DNA of 32,429 nucleotides from Octopus bimaculoides (GCF_001194135.2 NC_068984.1:100931079-100963507), one strand, 5' to 3'; positions 10,363-21,645 are shown, numbered from the stretch's first letter. Made by a program: numbers and translations. Notes: generated from the letters alone by a model not told the origin.

Positions 10363-10794
10363 ATACACACACACATACACATATCGAGATGTTCGTCTTG
10401 GAATGTGGGACAGGATATTGCACTATGCTGCTGTTGGAGTTTGTAGACAGAACTCATCAATTAAAGAGCGAAGAACATGTTTGGTTGCACAAACAGGGAA
10501 ATAGAATTGAAAACATGGGTATATATAGTTTTGCATTTAACTGGCAGATGTTATAAAGTGGCTCAAGGTCCGAGAACTTTATACATTACTAGTTTTAATA
10601 AGTGCCAATGCACGGAATTCTTGGCCATTGAGTCACTTTATAACTTGTGCCGATTAAATAAAAAAAAATGTATATACTCGTGTTTCAGCTCTATTTTCCT
10701 CTTTGTATTACCAAACCCATGTGTGTATGTGTGTGTGTGTGTGTAATTTCTATTTGATATTTTTGGGGGTTTCAGCCGTTATAATCGTTCTCTT

Positions 10795-11010
10795 TGCATC
10801 CCTTTCTCTCTCTCTCTCCCACTCTCTCTCTCTCTCTCCCACTCTCTCTCTCTCTCCCACTCTCTCTCTCTCTCTCCCAATCTCTCTCTCACTCCCTCTC
10901 CTCGTCTTTCTTTCTCCCTCCTCTGTATCTTTCTCCCTCTTCTGTATCTTTCTCCCGCTCCTCTCTCTCATTCTCTCTCTCATTCTCTTTCTCCCTCTCT
11001 CTCTTCCTCT
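10795..11010. repeat. (CT)n tract with an 18-20 bp higher-order unit ending in CCCA
   Basis: Four units of (CT)7-8 CCA at about 10803-10879. Confidence 0.9.
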
Positions 11011-12038
11011 GTTGACGCTGTTACGAGTTCTATGTATATAAGTCATAGATTTCTCTTTGATAAACACAGTAATAAAAAAACATAGCTATAAGTTAACTTT
11101 TGGCTGTTTTCCATCGAATTTCGCCAGTTTCTACATATTTCAGTAAATTTTCAGTGAATTTTTCACATTTCACTTTCTGTAAATAATATCAAAACACTGA
11201 AGTTCAGCCAACGTTTCCGATATACTGCACTCATTATCAACATCTATTTTATACTCCTATCACACGAGATAGTCTGAAGCTTCTGCGTGGCCTTTCGATC
11301 TGTCAGAAATAGTAGCCAACATTCCCTCAATTTGATTGATGTCGCCTTCAAAATAGAGTCCTTACACTAAATTAGTATTATGATTGCAACGTCGTTGATC
11401 TTGTTGTTTATGTACCATTTAACGCTTTTGGGTGGGGGTTGTGGTGTTAGGTTGTTTTTGTTGTTGATATCGTCGCTGTGTTTTTTCTTTTTCTTTTTCT
11501 TTTTTTGTTTGATTCTTCAAGTGGCGTGAACATGGTTTACGGCCAATTGAGACAGCTCAGTATCAGGCGAGCTGCACAACTAGAAAGATATTCAAGTTAA
11601 ATTTTCGTCAGCGTGCCATTCAGAAAGTCACACGGGCCGCAGTTTGCTATGACTGTTGTAGAAACACAGTCATTGGCTGTTTTTTTTTTCTTTTAACCGT
11701 TCGCCTCACTACCACGCCTACGGTTTGCCTCACCCAATCTCTTAGTTTTCTTCTTTGTCTGTGATATGCCAGACAGGCATGGAAAAGTGACATAGAAAAA
11801 TTATTTAAATAAACATAAATATGGAATATACATGTTTCATATCTCTTTATGGCTCCGTGTTTGTCCCTTATCTAAATATAAAGGGATATTGAACAAGGCG
11901 TGTTCTACAAACAAAAATATCACATGGGCTGATAATTCAAATGTACACACACGTGGAAACCTTCTGTCTGAAGATATGAGGAAGATATTAGAATACAAAC
12001 TATACAAATAGATGGACAAATTATCCAAATATAAAGAT

Positions 12039-12166
12039 CGAGGTCGACTTTGACATTCATCCTTCCAAGGTCGATAAAATAAATACCAGTGGAGCACTGG
12101 AGCCGATGCAGTCCATTTACCCACTTACCAAAAATTGCTGGCCTTGTGTCGAAATTTGAAACCAAT
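12039..12166 (+). mobile_element. SINE family B (Meta-domain-like), 5'-truncated
   Basis: CGAGGTCGACTTTGACATTCATCCTTCCAAGGTCGATAAAATAAATACCAG...GAAATTTGAAACCAAT. Confidence 0.85.
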
Positions 12167-12183
12167 AATTATTTTTATTGTTG

Positions 12184-12383
12184 AAGGCCGTGAGTTTTCA
12201 AAATCGTTAGCACGCCGGACGAAATGCTTAGGGACATTTCATCCCTCCTTACGCTCTGCGTTTAAATTCCTCCGAGGTCGACTTTGCTTTTCAACCTTTC
12301 GGAGTCAATAAAACAAGAACTGGGGTCGATGTAATCGACTACCCCCTCCCGCAAATTTCAAGACTTGTGGCTCTATGAGAAAG
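12184..12383 (+). mobile_element. SINE family B, near full length
   Basis: tRNA-like head (AATCGTTAGCACGCCGG...TTTAAATTCC) plus core GAGGTCGACTTTGCTTTTCAACCTTTCGGAGTCAATAAAA. Confidence 0.85.
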
Positions 12384-12592
12384 AAGGCGAGCTCGCAGAA
12401 TCGTTAATAGGCCGGGGGAAATGTTTAGCGATATTTGGTCCGTCTTCACGTTCTGAGTTCATATTCCGCCGAGGTCGATTTTGCCTTTCATCCTTTAGGG
12501 GTCGATAAAATAAGTATCAGTTGTGTACTGGGGTAGATGTAATCAACTATCCCCCTCCCCAAAATTTCAAACCTTGTGCCTATAGTAGAAAG

Positions 12593-12647
<55 letters not shown>
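12384..12647 (+). mobile_element. SINE family B, full length with (ATT)n tail
   Basis: Head GGCGAGCTCGCAGAATCG, B-box GAGTTCATATTCC, core GCCTTTCATCCTTTAGGGGTCGATAAAATAAGTATCAG, tail (ATT)18. Confidence 0.9.
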
Positions 12648-13692
12648 GAATTCAAATCAAAGTGTTGCAGAAACTCAGTACTGATGAAAAGAAAGCGTTA
12701 ACATAAGTTTTTTTTTCCTTCGTCCTCGAAGTTAGACACGTCCAAAACAGCATTAATGTATTTCTTTTACATCTGTTGATTGGTGAGGAAGAAACCAGCA
12801 TGATACGTAAAGACTTCCTTAATACGGGAAATGATCACAAGATACAAATACAGCTACTAAAAAGGACGTGTGTTTCTATGTATGATTCACAATTTCTGGC
12901 TCCGAAACATCATTGTTAATACAATGTAGTATTAAGTATTTAAAGAGTAATTTTCAATTTTCCCTCATCACCTCCTTCACACATTACACTTAGATGGCTC
13001 GGTCAATGGTCCGTGTCCAGGACAATACATTGCTAACTATTGTTTGTAAAACAACGAAACAAAATATAATGAAAATTTATAATGATAGAAGATACGGCGT
13101 GAATGATGTAAATGACGTTTTACAACTATTTATTATGGTTGCATAAATATAAATAAACATAAAATAAAATAAGATAAAAATACAGTTACAAAATAGACCA
13201 TATAATTATTGTTGTTGTTATCATTATTGCTTTTATTTATTTATTTTTTATGGCATATGGAAGATCTCATTCATAATTGATTATATTTCGGTTTGTTTTA
13301 TTGTAATTACGAAGCGGAAACAACCGGACATGATAAACCGTCAGTGTGTTAGTGTGTGCGAAGGTACGACTGAGTGTGTCTGTCAAGGGATATTAGAAAG
13401 TACGTTTTTGTGTGTTTGTAATGTGTAGTTGTTAGTATGTATTCATATATTTATGCGCGTATATATGAATGTGTTTATGCTTATGTATGTGTTTGTGTGT
13501 ATATGTCTGTCTGTGTATATGCGTGTGTGTTATGCATATATGTGTGAATGTGTGCATGTAGGTGCTTTTGTGTATGAGCGTGTGTTATGCGAGTGTTTAT
13601 AGTACAACGGAAGTTCTATGACAAGAGTTGACTCAGTACAAAACAACATTTAATTGTAGAACAGAGCTGGTCAGTTGTGGAGGCAGGACACT

Positions 13693-14460
13693 AAACATGT
13701 TAACATGTGCTGACCAATGTTGACAGTGATCGACAGGATATTAAATAACCTCAATGTGTAATGGACGAAGTAAACAGTGGCCAAACATTGATGCAGAATA
13801 TTAAATAATGATAACATGCGTTGACCAAGGTGGACAGTGGTCAGATATTGAAGCAGAATATTAAATAATGTTAATGTGTGATGACCAAGGTGGACAGTGG
13901 TCAAACATTGAGGCAGAATATTAAATATTAATGTGCTGACCAAGGCAGACAGTAGCCAAACATTGAGATAGGATATTGAATAACGTTAACGTGTGTTGAC
14001 CAAAGTGGACAGTGGTCAGATATCGAGCCAGAGTATCAAATAACGTTAACGTGTGCTGACAAAGGCGAACAGTGGACATATATTGAGTCAGAATACTGAA
14101 TAATGTTAACGTGTGTTGACCAAAGTGGACAGTGGTCAGATATTGAAGCAGGATATTAACTGATATTAATGTGCGTTAACCAAGATGGACAGTGGTCACT
14201 TGTTAAGTAACACCATTAAATAATGTTAGTGTGTGTTGATCAAAGCTGACTAAGGCGGACAGTAGTCAATGCTTGAAGCAAAATGCTAATGTCATGTGTT
14301 GACCAGTGTTGAGAGTGGTCAGTTGTTGAAGCAGAATACGAATATTAACCTGGTTGACCAAATTTGGCTCATATACGCAGTTGTCATTTGTTGAGGCGGA
14401 AGAACACTAAATAATGTTAATTTGTGTTGATCAAGCTCGATTCAGGTCGGCAGTGGTTAC
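13693..14460. repeat. About 60-bp minisatellite, roughly 12 diverged units
   Basis: Approximate consensus TTAAATAATGTTAACGTGTGTTGACCAAAGTGGACAGTGGTCAGATATTGAAGCAGAATA; units start at 13741, 13801, 13861, 13921 (55 nt), 13976, 14036, 14096, 14156 and onward. Confidence 0.9.
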
Positions 14461-14542
14461 GTTGTTATGCAATCACATGTAATTAAACTAATTACTACTA
14501 CTACCACTACTATTACTATTACTACTAATACTACTACTGCTG

Positions 14543-14577
<35 letters not shown>

Positions 14578-14960
14578 GTAGTTTATGATGTTCTAGGATT
14601 GTTGTTCGTGTTGAGGTTGTTGTGGTGCTAGTTTTGATGGAGGAATGTGGATGTAAGGGTGGATGTGGGGTGGATGTGGGGGTGGACGTGGGGTTAGTGG
14701 TGATGGTGATGGAGGTGATAGCAATTTTGGTAGTGATGGTGGTGATGGTAGTGGAGGCGAAGGCGGGGTGCTGGTTGTGGAAGTGTTAATGGAAGTTTTG
14801 TGGTGAGGGTGTGTGCATGTGGTGGTGTTTATGGGTCTAATTGTTGTGTGTGAATGTACGTATGAGTGTGAGTGTACGTGTGTGTGTGTGTATGTGCGTA
14901 CGCTAATACGTGAGAATATAATTTTGTATGTGAGAATATAATTTTATGCTTATCGCCACT

Positions 14961-15322
14961 TGTAGTCACGATTGTTGGTTCCCGACAGAAAGAGTACGAC
15001 CGCGAATACAAACGATTGAAATGGGGTCTCTGCGAAGGAGGTCGGCAGTAACATTACTTGACAGAGTGCATAGCTCGAAGATCAGGGAGTTTCTCAATCA
15101 CGAGATGTTACATCTCCGCATTGAGGGCTCACAGATCCGATGCTTTGAACATATGTTTAGAATATCGCAGGAAAAAACCGCAAGACGAAATCTTCAAGCC
15201 TAGTGAAGCGGCAGGAGAACAAGGGGTTGTCCAAGAAGATGCTTGGATAATATTCATAGTCTCAGTTGATCGTACTTGGGAATCCAGCCTGAAAGTGTAA
15301 TAGCGGTTGCTCCTGTTAGGAC
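14961..15322 (+). pseudogene. RTE (Expander/Rex3-like) LINE, post-RT C-terminal fragment
   Basis: CSHDCWFPTERVRPRIQTIEMGSLRRRSAVTLLDRVHSSKIRE...[14 protein letters not shown]...[10 protein letters not shown] matches the RTE pattern YGxExW..AEMxFLRR..LRWxGHVxR..GRRPRGRP. Confidence 0.8.
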
Positions 15323-15329
15323 GGTGGGT

Positions 15330-15471
15330 GGAGATGGATGGATGGATGGATGGATGGATGGATGGATGGATGGATGGATGGATTGATGGATGAATGGATT
15401 GATAGATGGATGGACGGATGGATGGATGGAAGGGTGGATGATGGATGGATGGATGGATGGATGGATTGGTA

Positions 15472-15504
<33 letters not shown>

Positions 15505-15608
15505 ATGGATGGATGGATGGATGGATTGGTAGATGGAAGGACTGGTGGATGGATGGATGACTGGGAATTGGTTGGATGGACGGATGGATGGATTGGTGGA
15601 TGGATGAG
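15330..15608. repeat. (GGAT)n tetranucleotide tract with an internal duplicated block
   Basis: Read directly; GGATTGGTAGATGGA occurs twice. Confidence 0.95.
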
Positions 15609-15851
15609 TGGGTTCTGAATGAGAGGGGAAGATGCGAGACGACCACCAAAAATGCTCATGCAAAAGTTTTTGGCCACCTCACATAAACCAATGAAGATAG
15701 TGTTTTAAAACAGAAAAATGTCTATAATAAGCATCAAACTCTTACCCCACAAACTTCACTGGTCCAACAGATGTGTGGAAATGATATATGATATCTGGAG
15801 CACACGAATATTTAACACACACACACTATAGTCTTGTACCTAAGAAATCAC

Positions 15852-15890
<39 letters not shown>

Positions 15891-15928
15891 AATCAACAAC
15901 AACAACGGCGACAACAAAATTGTTACCT

Positions 15929-16140
15929 TCTTTTCTACTCTAGACACAAGGCCCGAAATTTTGGGGGAGGGGGCCAGTCGATCAGATCGACCACAGTACG
16001 CAACTGGTACTTAATTTATCGACCCTGAAAGGATGAAAGGGAAAGTCAACGTCGGCGGAATGTGAGCTCAGAATGCAAAGACAGACGAAATACCGCTAAG
16101 CATTTCGCCCGGCATGCTAACGTTTCTGCCAGCTCACCTT
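15929..16140 (-). mobile_element. SINE family B, full length
   Basis: The reverse complement starts AAGGTGAGCTGGCAGAAACGTTAGCATGCCGGGCG and ends GGGCCTTGTGTCTAGAGTAGAAAAG. Confidence 0.92.
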
Positions 16141-16179
16141 TATCAATATCGTCATCTCCTGCAGCACTTCTGTCACAGT

Positions 16180-17020
16180 CATCATTATCATCATGATCAT
16201 CGTGATGAACACCATCGCCACCCCAGTTACTCCCATCATCCTTATCAGCTGCAGCACCACCACCACCACCACCACCACCACCACAGCCAGCACTACCACC
16301 AGCAGCACCACCCCGCTACCACCAGCCCTACCGCCAGCATTACCAGCTGCAACACCACCACCACAACAACCAGCACTACCACCAGTATCACTAGCATCAG
16401 CACAACCACCACCACCATTACTACTACCACCAGCACTGCCGCCAGCATCATCATCATCAGCAGCAGCAGCAATACCACCACCACCACCACCGCCAGTAAC
16501 AGCATCGAAATCCGATCATGTACAAAGAATATCCAGATTAGTTGTTATAGCGAAGCAACAATTTCGTGCAGTCCATCTTCACCACACAACCACCAACATC
16601 AATACTATTAATAACCCCTCCGCCTCTACCATCGACACCACCACTGACACCGGCACCACCACTAACACCACCAACATTACCACTCCCATCTCCGCTCTAA
16701 ACACCAATACTACCAGCACTAACCGTATCCCCGCCTACACAAGCACCACAACAATACCATTACAACTACCATCACATCCACTACTACGACCATTATCATC
16801 ATAACACCCCCCACCACCGCTCACACACACTCACACACCAGATACTGCCACCACTACCACTACTAGTGACACACATTTGTACATCGCACTCCACTCCATC
16901 ACCAGTATCATTACTATTACTACCACCACTACTTCTACCACAACTACTACCACTACTACCATCACCATCACCACCACAATCAACGCCACCACAACCACAA
17001 ACCACCACCGTCACCATGAA
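16180..17020. repeat. Mosaic trinucleotide low-complexity tract (CAC/ACC/CAT/ACT/CAG)
   Basis: Read directly; it generates spurious poly-His, poly-Thr and poly-Pro ORFs. Confidence 0.9.
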
Positions 17021-17141
17021 CACCATCTGTATATGCCTCATTGAAATATCAATCTTCGTTTCAGTGATTTTACACATCATTGATTTTCTAATTAGTCGTG
17101 TCAACTCTATTTTCTTCTGCATACATTCTACCACACGCATA

Positions 17142-17195
<54 letters not shown>

Positions 17196-17799
17196 TGTCC
17201 GTCTGTCTGTCTGTCTGTGCGTGTGTGTATTTATAATTTGAACGTAAATGAAAAATGAGATTAGGGGAATAACTCAGATTGTCCAATATCATGTATTCGA
17301 ATGACATTGGCAGATAGATATATCAAATACAATACAACACATATTCTTAATTTTTTTAAATTATCTACCCCTTACAAGGGTGTATTATAATCGACATATC
17401 AATTAAGACCAGTTCCACTTAAGAAGGGAAGACAATCTCAAGATTCAAGATTTCTCTAAAGTTGACATGCCTTTGAAGAAAAAGACTGACTAACTGTCTG
17501 GAAGTAATGTATATATATAGTAAGGTTGTGCAACTGAAACATGTGTTGGTCTTAAAAGACAGTATATAATTATAGAATTAAAGGTAATGCTATTGCTACT
17601 TCGGAGTAATCCTTATTTTTAATATTGTCAATATTTATACTCCGGGAAACCTATATGGTTATGGAAATATATTCAGAATTATCCAACAGAATATTTATCT
17701 AATTTCTTATCTTATAAGAACTTTATTGGATTTATATGTTAACTGTTGAATAACATATGTTCAATACCTGAGAGCAAACTGGTAATCGTACTTTTTCGT

Positions 17800-18532
17800 A
17801 ATATCAAAATTTCTTAAACGCGATTACAGTTAGAATAGCGTAATAAATTCGAAGCATAATAATGTCAAACGGAATAAAGAAATCCAAATAGAAGGGGACG
17901 CTAAGAAATTAAATGTCGTGGAAAGGGAAATAACCCAATTTAGCATAAATAATAACGTGAAAACGAATAAAAGTTCAGCTAGAAATAGAACAAAGATAGC
18001 GTTATCTAAAGGAGTAAATAGTAGTAAAGAACTTGGTGGAAATGAATTTAATTCTACAATCAATGATCAAATTGAAAGTAAATCTGACGGAAATATAGAA
18101 GGCTATCTTTGCAATTGTTCTAAACGGGAATCCTGTTTTGTGAAAAATAAGTGTAAAACTAGAAATGTAACATATAGGTGTATAGTTACATCTGAAGGGA
18201 AGGAATTCCTTTACATCGGTGGGACTTCATTAATGTTCAAGAGGAGACCGTCAAATCACTTGAGTTCATTTAAGAAAAAATAAATAAAAGGTTCCAAACG
18301 AGTTTTAGTAAATTAATCTGGTCTTTCAAGGACAGTGACAAGGACTATACGATTAAATGGAAGTTAATTTGGACGAAAAAAACCATACACATCTGGAACC
18401 AATAGATGTAACCTATGTTTGGAAGAATTTTACAAGATTTTCACGTCCAAGAGTAATGTAATAAATTCTAGACAGGAGCAAGCATTGAGATGCTTGAACA
18501 TGAGGAAATTTACATTTACCAAGTATAAATGA
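17800..18532 (+). pseudogene. Penelope-like linker plus GIY-YIG endonuclease
   Basis: CNCSKRESCFVKNKCKTRNVTYRCIV...LYIGGTSLMFKRRPSNHLSSF, then after frameshifts TSFSKLIWSFKD...YTIKW...YTSGTNRCNLCLEE...VINSRQE...KYK* (stop at 18530-18532). Confidence 0.85.
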
Positions 18533-18696
18533 GTAATTAATCTATACAAGGTTTTGAAATGAGGGATTGAAAATTATTATCCAATAACAATCTGAAATAA
18601 AGATTGTTAGCGTCTGACTTAACGGACAACTCTACATTATACAACGCAGAGTTTATAAAAGAAAATCATTAAGCGGTCATACCGAAGGATATCAAG

Positions 18697-18777
18697 TTAA
18701 GACCCTGAACAGACTGCACAGTTTTATAGTAGGGTTACAATTGCAATCGGTGCAATTGAAACATGTGTTGGTCTTAA
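18697..18777 (+). ncRNA. Type I hammerhead ribozyme fold (core variant CUGAACA, probably inactive in this copy)
   Basis: Stem I TTAAGACC/GGTCTTAA is a perfect 8 bp; core CTGAACA; stem II GACTGCAC/GTGCAATT; GAAA; stem III ACA-TG-TGT; cleavage triplet GUU. Confidence 0.7.
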
Positions 18778-18854
18778 AAGTCAGTATATAATTATAGAAT
18801 TAAATGTAATGCTATTCCTACTTCGCAGTAATCCTTATTTTTAATATTGTCTGT

Positions 18855-18886
<32 letters not shown>

Positions 18887-18939
18887 ACACGCACTCACTC
18901 ACATATATATATAATGGTTTCAAAATTTGGCACAAGGCC

Positions 18940-18941
<2 letters not shown>

Positions 18942-19004
<63 letters not shown>

Positions 19005-19211
19005 AATAATAATAATTATTATTATTATTATTGTGAGGTACTTCCAGCTCCTGTGTGTCGGGAAGATTTGAACCAGTAGCAGATTTCTCGTTTCGGATCT
19101 GGTTCATTATCCGAGTAAGTTGTCCTTTATAATATGGTCGATGACCATTCCGGTTTGTATTTTGTTTTATTAACAGTGAGGCATCACAAGCTTTGACGTT
19201 GACGCTAGGGG

Positions 19212-19281
<70 letters not shown>
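18942..19281. repeat. (GAT)n(AAT)n(ATT)n at 18942-19031 and (ATT)n at 19211-19281
   Basis: Read directly. Confidence 0.95.
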
Positions 19282-19282
<1 letters not shown>

Positions 19283-19494
19283 CGCTGTGAAAACAACATC
19301 CATTCATGAATTTATATTCATTTATTAATTTTTTTAAATGCATATTTTACCTGTGAATTTTCGTGTGTAAACTGGGAATGCGTACAATGAGCTTCTCTGC
19401 CCTAGTTGTACGGAAAACACTCGGCGAGAAATGGAAGAAAATTTGAAGAAAGAAGGAAAAAAAAGAAAAAATAATAATAGTAATAATAATAGAT

Positions 19495-21338
19495 TCTGTT
19501 ATCAGTGGTATAGATACTAAACATATAGGTGACACTAACTTATTGATCTCTGCAGGAGGGGTAGTAATTACTAGTAGACTGGGTATTCCTCAAGGAAAGA
19601 ATAGGAATGAGCAGGTGTTGAAAAGAAATTTGGAAAATAAATTGAAGACTTAAAGACAAGTAGAATAGGAGCAAACAGCGTATCGTAGCAATGGCAAGTG
19701 AGCATTCCAGGTATCAGAAAATAATAGATCAATACCAACTGAAAGATTGTTTGAGACAGACTTGGAGGAAATTTTATCGATAAAGAAGTAGTATAGCAGA
19801 AACTACTGAAGATAAGAAGCCTAATGCAGAAAAAGCAAGAAAATTCTGAAGTGATATTTGGGATAAGCCAATCAATAATAATGGAAATGCAGCATGGTTA
19901 AAGAAAGTTAGTGAGAAGTAGCTAGATCTAAAACTAATTCGTACATAAACGAGTAAATTGTTAGGAAGAATGCCGAATTGGAAGAGCCCAGGACCAGTTT
20001 TAGTTCAAGGGCACCGGTGAAAGAAATTTAGAAATTTATATGGGAGACTGAGGGAACAGCTTCAAAATTGCCTGAATGAAGGAATAATACCTTACTGGGT
20101 GGCTAGAGAGAGAACAACACTTCTTAAGAAAGATAAAAGCAAATACAGTACAGCTAGTAATTACAGACCAATCACTTGTTTACGATTAGTGTGGAAGCTG
20201 TTAATATAAATGTACTCAGAAAGCATTTATGAGCACCTTGACAGCCAGAATTTACTGCCAGGGCAGACAAGTTGCATCCAGAATGCTAGAAGAACGCATG
20301 ATCTATTATACGTCGACAAAGCAGTTCTAATAGAAGTGAAATCCAGAAAGAAAAATTTAACAATAGCATGGATTGGTTATAAGAAAGCCTATGACATGAT
20401 TCCATACTCATGGATAAGTGAATGTTTGAGTATATTCAGTATTGCAGATAGCATAAAAGATTTAGATATCGCATGAAGAAATAGAAAGTAGATCCTTACT
20501 CAGGTGATACTGCCTTAAAGTTTATATCAAGCGAGGAATTTTCCAGGGAGACTCGTTATCACCTTTCCTATTTGTGTCATGTTTAATACCCCCCGTGTTT
20601 AATACCCTGGGTGTAGTATTAAGAAAGGCAAAGGCAGGGTATCAGTTTAGATATAGTAAAGGAAAAATTAACCATTTGCTCTACATGTATGACCTGAAGC
20701 TTATTAGTAAGAGACAGATTCTTTAATACAAACTGTAAGACGCTTCAGTATGGAATTTGGTATAGATAAGTGAGCAAAACTAGTCATACAAAGGGGACGG
20801 GTAGTCAGTAGTGAAAGCACTCAGTTACCAGATGGTCGGACATTAAAATCACTGAAAGAAGGAGAAAGTTATATGTATCTAGGAGTATTAGAATCTGACA
20901 GAGTACTAACTATAGGAATGAAAGAGAAAATTGAGGAGTACATCAGAAGTTAATGAAGTCAAAGCTAAATGGTCCGAATCTAGTGAAGGCTGTAAATACT
21001 TGGGCAGTATCGTCACTCAGATATTCAGCAGATTTTGTAGATTGGACAAATCTGAATTAGAAAATCTAGACAGAAGAACTAAGAAGGAATTCTTATGGAT
21101 GGAGCAGGAGTAGCATGATTGTATTTACCTAGAAAGGAAGGAGACAGAGGTCTAATATCAATAGATTGTGGAGTTAGCTAAAGTAGATATAGCCTCCTAT
21201 GCAGGTAATATTGGAGAAAATTTATTAAGAGCTACTAATGAAACGCAAGGAGATAGGGAAACCAAGCAGCCAAATGTAGTTAAAAACTTGAAAAAGGAAG
21301 CAAGATTATCTGACTAACAAGAGAAGGTTTTGCATGGT
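19495..21338 (+). pseudogene. Dong/R4-clade non-LTR retrotransposon RT region, decayed and truncated at both ends
   Basis: Motifs in order: WKSPGP, SNYRPITCL, AWIGYKKAYDMIPYSWI, RGIFQGDSLSPFLF, INHLLYMYDLKL, YMYLGVLE, AVNTWAV, LYLPRKEGDRGL, EKVLHG. There are many stops and frameshifts. Confidence 0.88.
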
Positions 21339-21599
21339 TGTGGAGTGTGATTTAAGGCCTAGGCTTATTTGGCTGCTATTTTTAGTACGCATGACAACCA
21401 TTTCAATAGCTGCGACAAAAATATTCGATCGATAAACAAGTCCACTTTTTTAATAAATCGATAAACGTGCATCCTTATTCTAGGCATACCTAGATATCAG
21501 TAAATGCAGACCTAGTTTCTAAAAATTCATTGTTACCCACAAAATGTTCATATCGCCCACTAAAACCTCAAATTGTTCATCATTTTCTAGAAATTCGCC

Positions 21600-21645
21600 C
21601 ATTGCCCACTTGTAAGTTGAAATCGCCCACTTTGGGAAACTATGG
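21600..21645. mobile_element. Possible hAT-type MITE terminus
   Basis: ATCGCCCACTTTGGGAAACTATG resembles the reverse complement of CAGTGGTTCCCAAAGTGGGCG; no partner TIR was found. Confidence 0.3.

Larger units (their letters stand above)
17516..18851 (+). mobile_element. 5'-truncated Penelope-like retroelement bounded by direct pseudo-LTRs
   Basis: A direct repeat of about 110 bp (17516-17629 and 18725-18851) flanks a C-terminal GIY-YIG pseudogene; (TA)n lies 5' and (CA)n lies 3'. Confidence 0.85.

Noticed and set aside
9871-10446. Host C2H2 zinc-finger gene from the octopus expansion
   Set aside because: No TGEKP linkers, start and stop lie inside microsatellites, and the 3' end looks like a retroelement tail.
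13671-13943. Protein made of 20-aa repeats, or a CRISPR-like array
   Set aside because: A 5-nt deletion and other indels break the frame across the array; there are no unique spacers, and the context is eukaryotic.
19040-19120. Plus-strand 67-nt pseudo-exon with an 8-bp TGAACCAG/CTGGTTCA stem
   Set aside because: Weak polypyrimidine tract, and a stem of this length is expected by chance.
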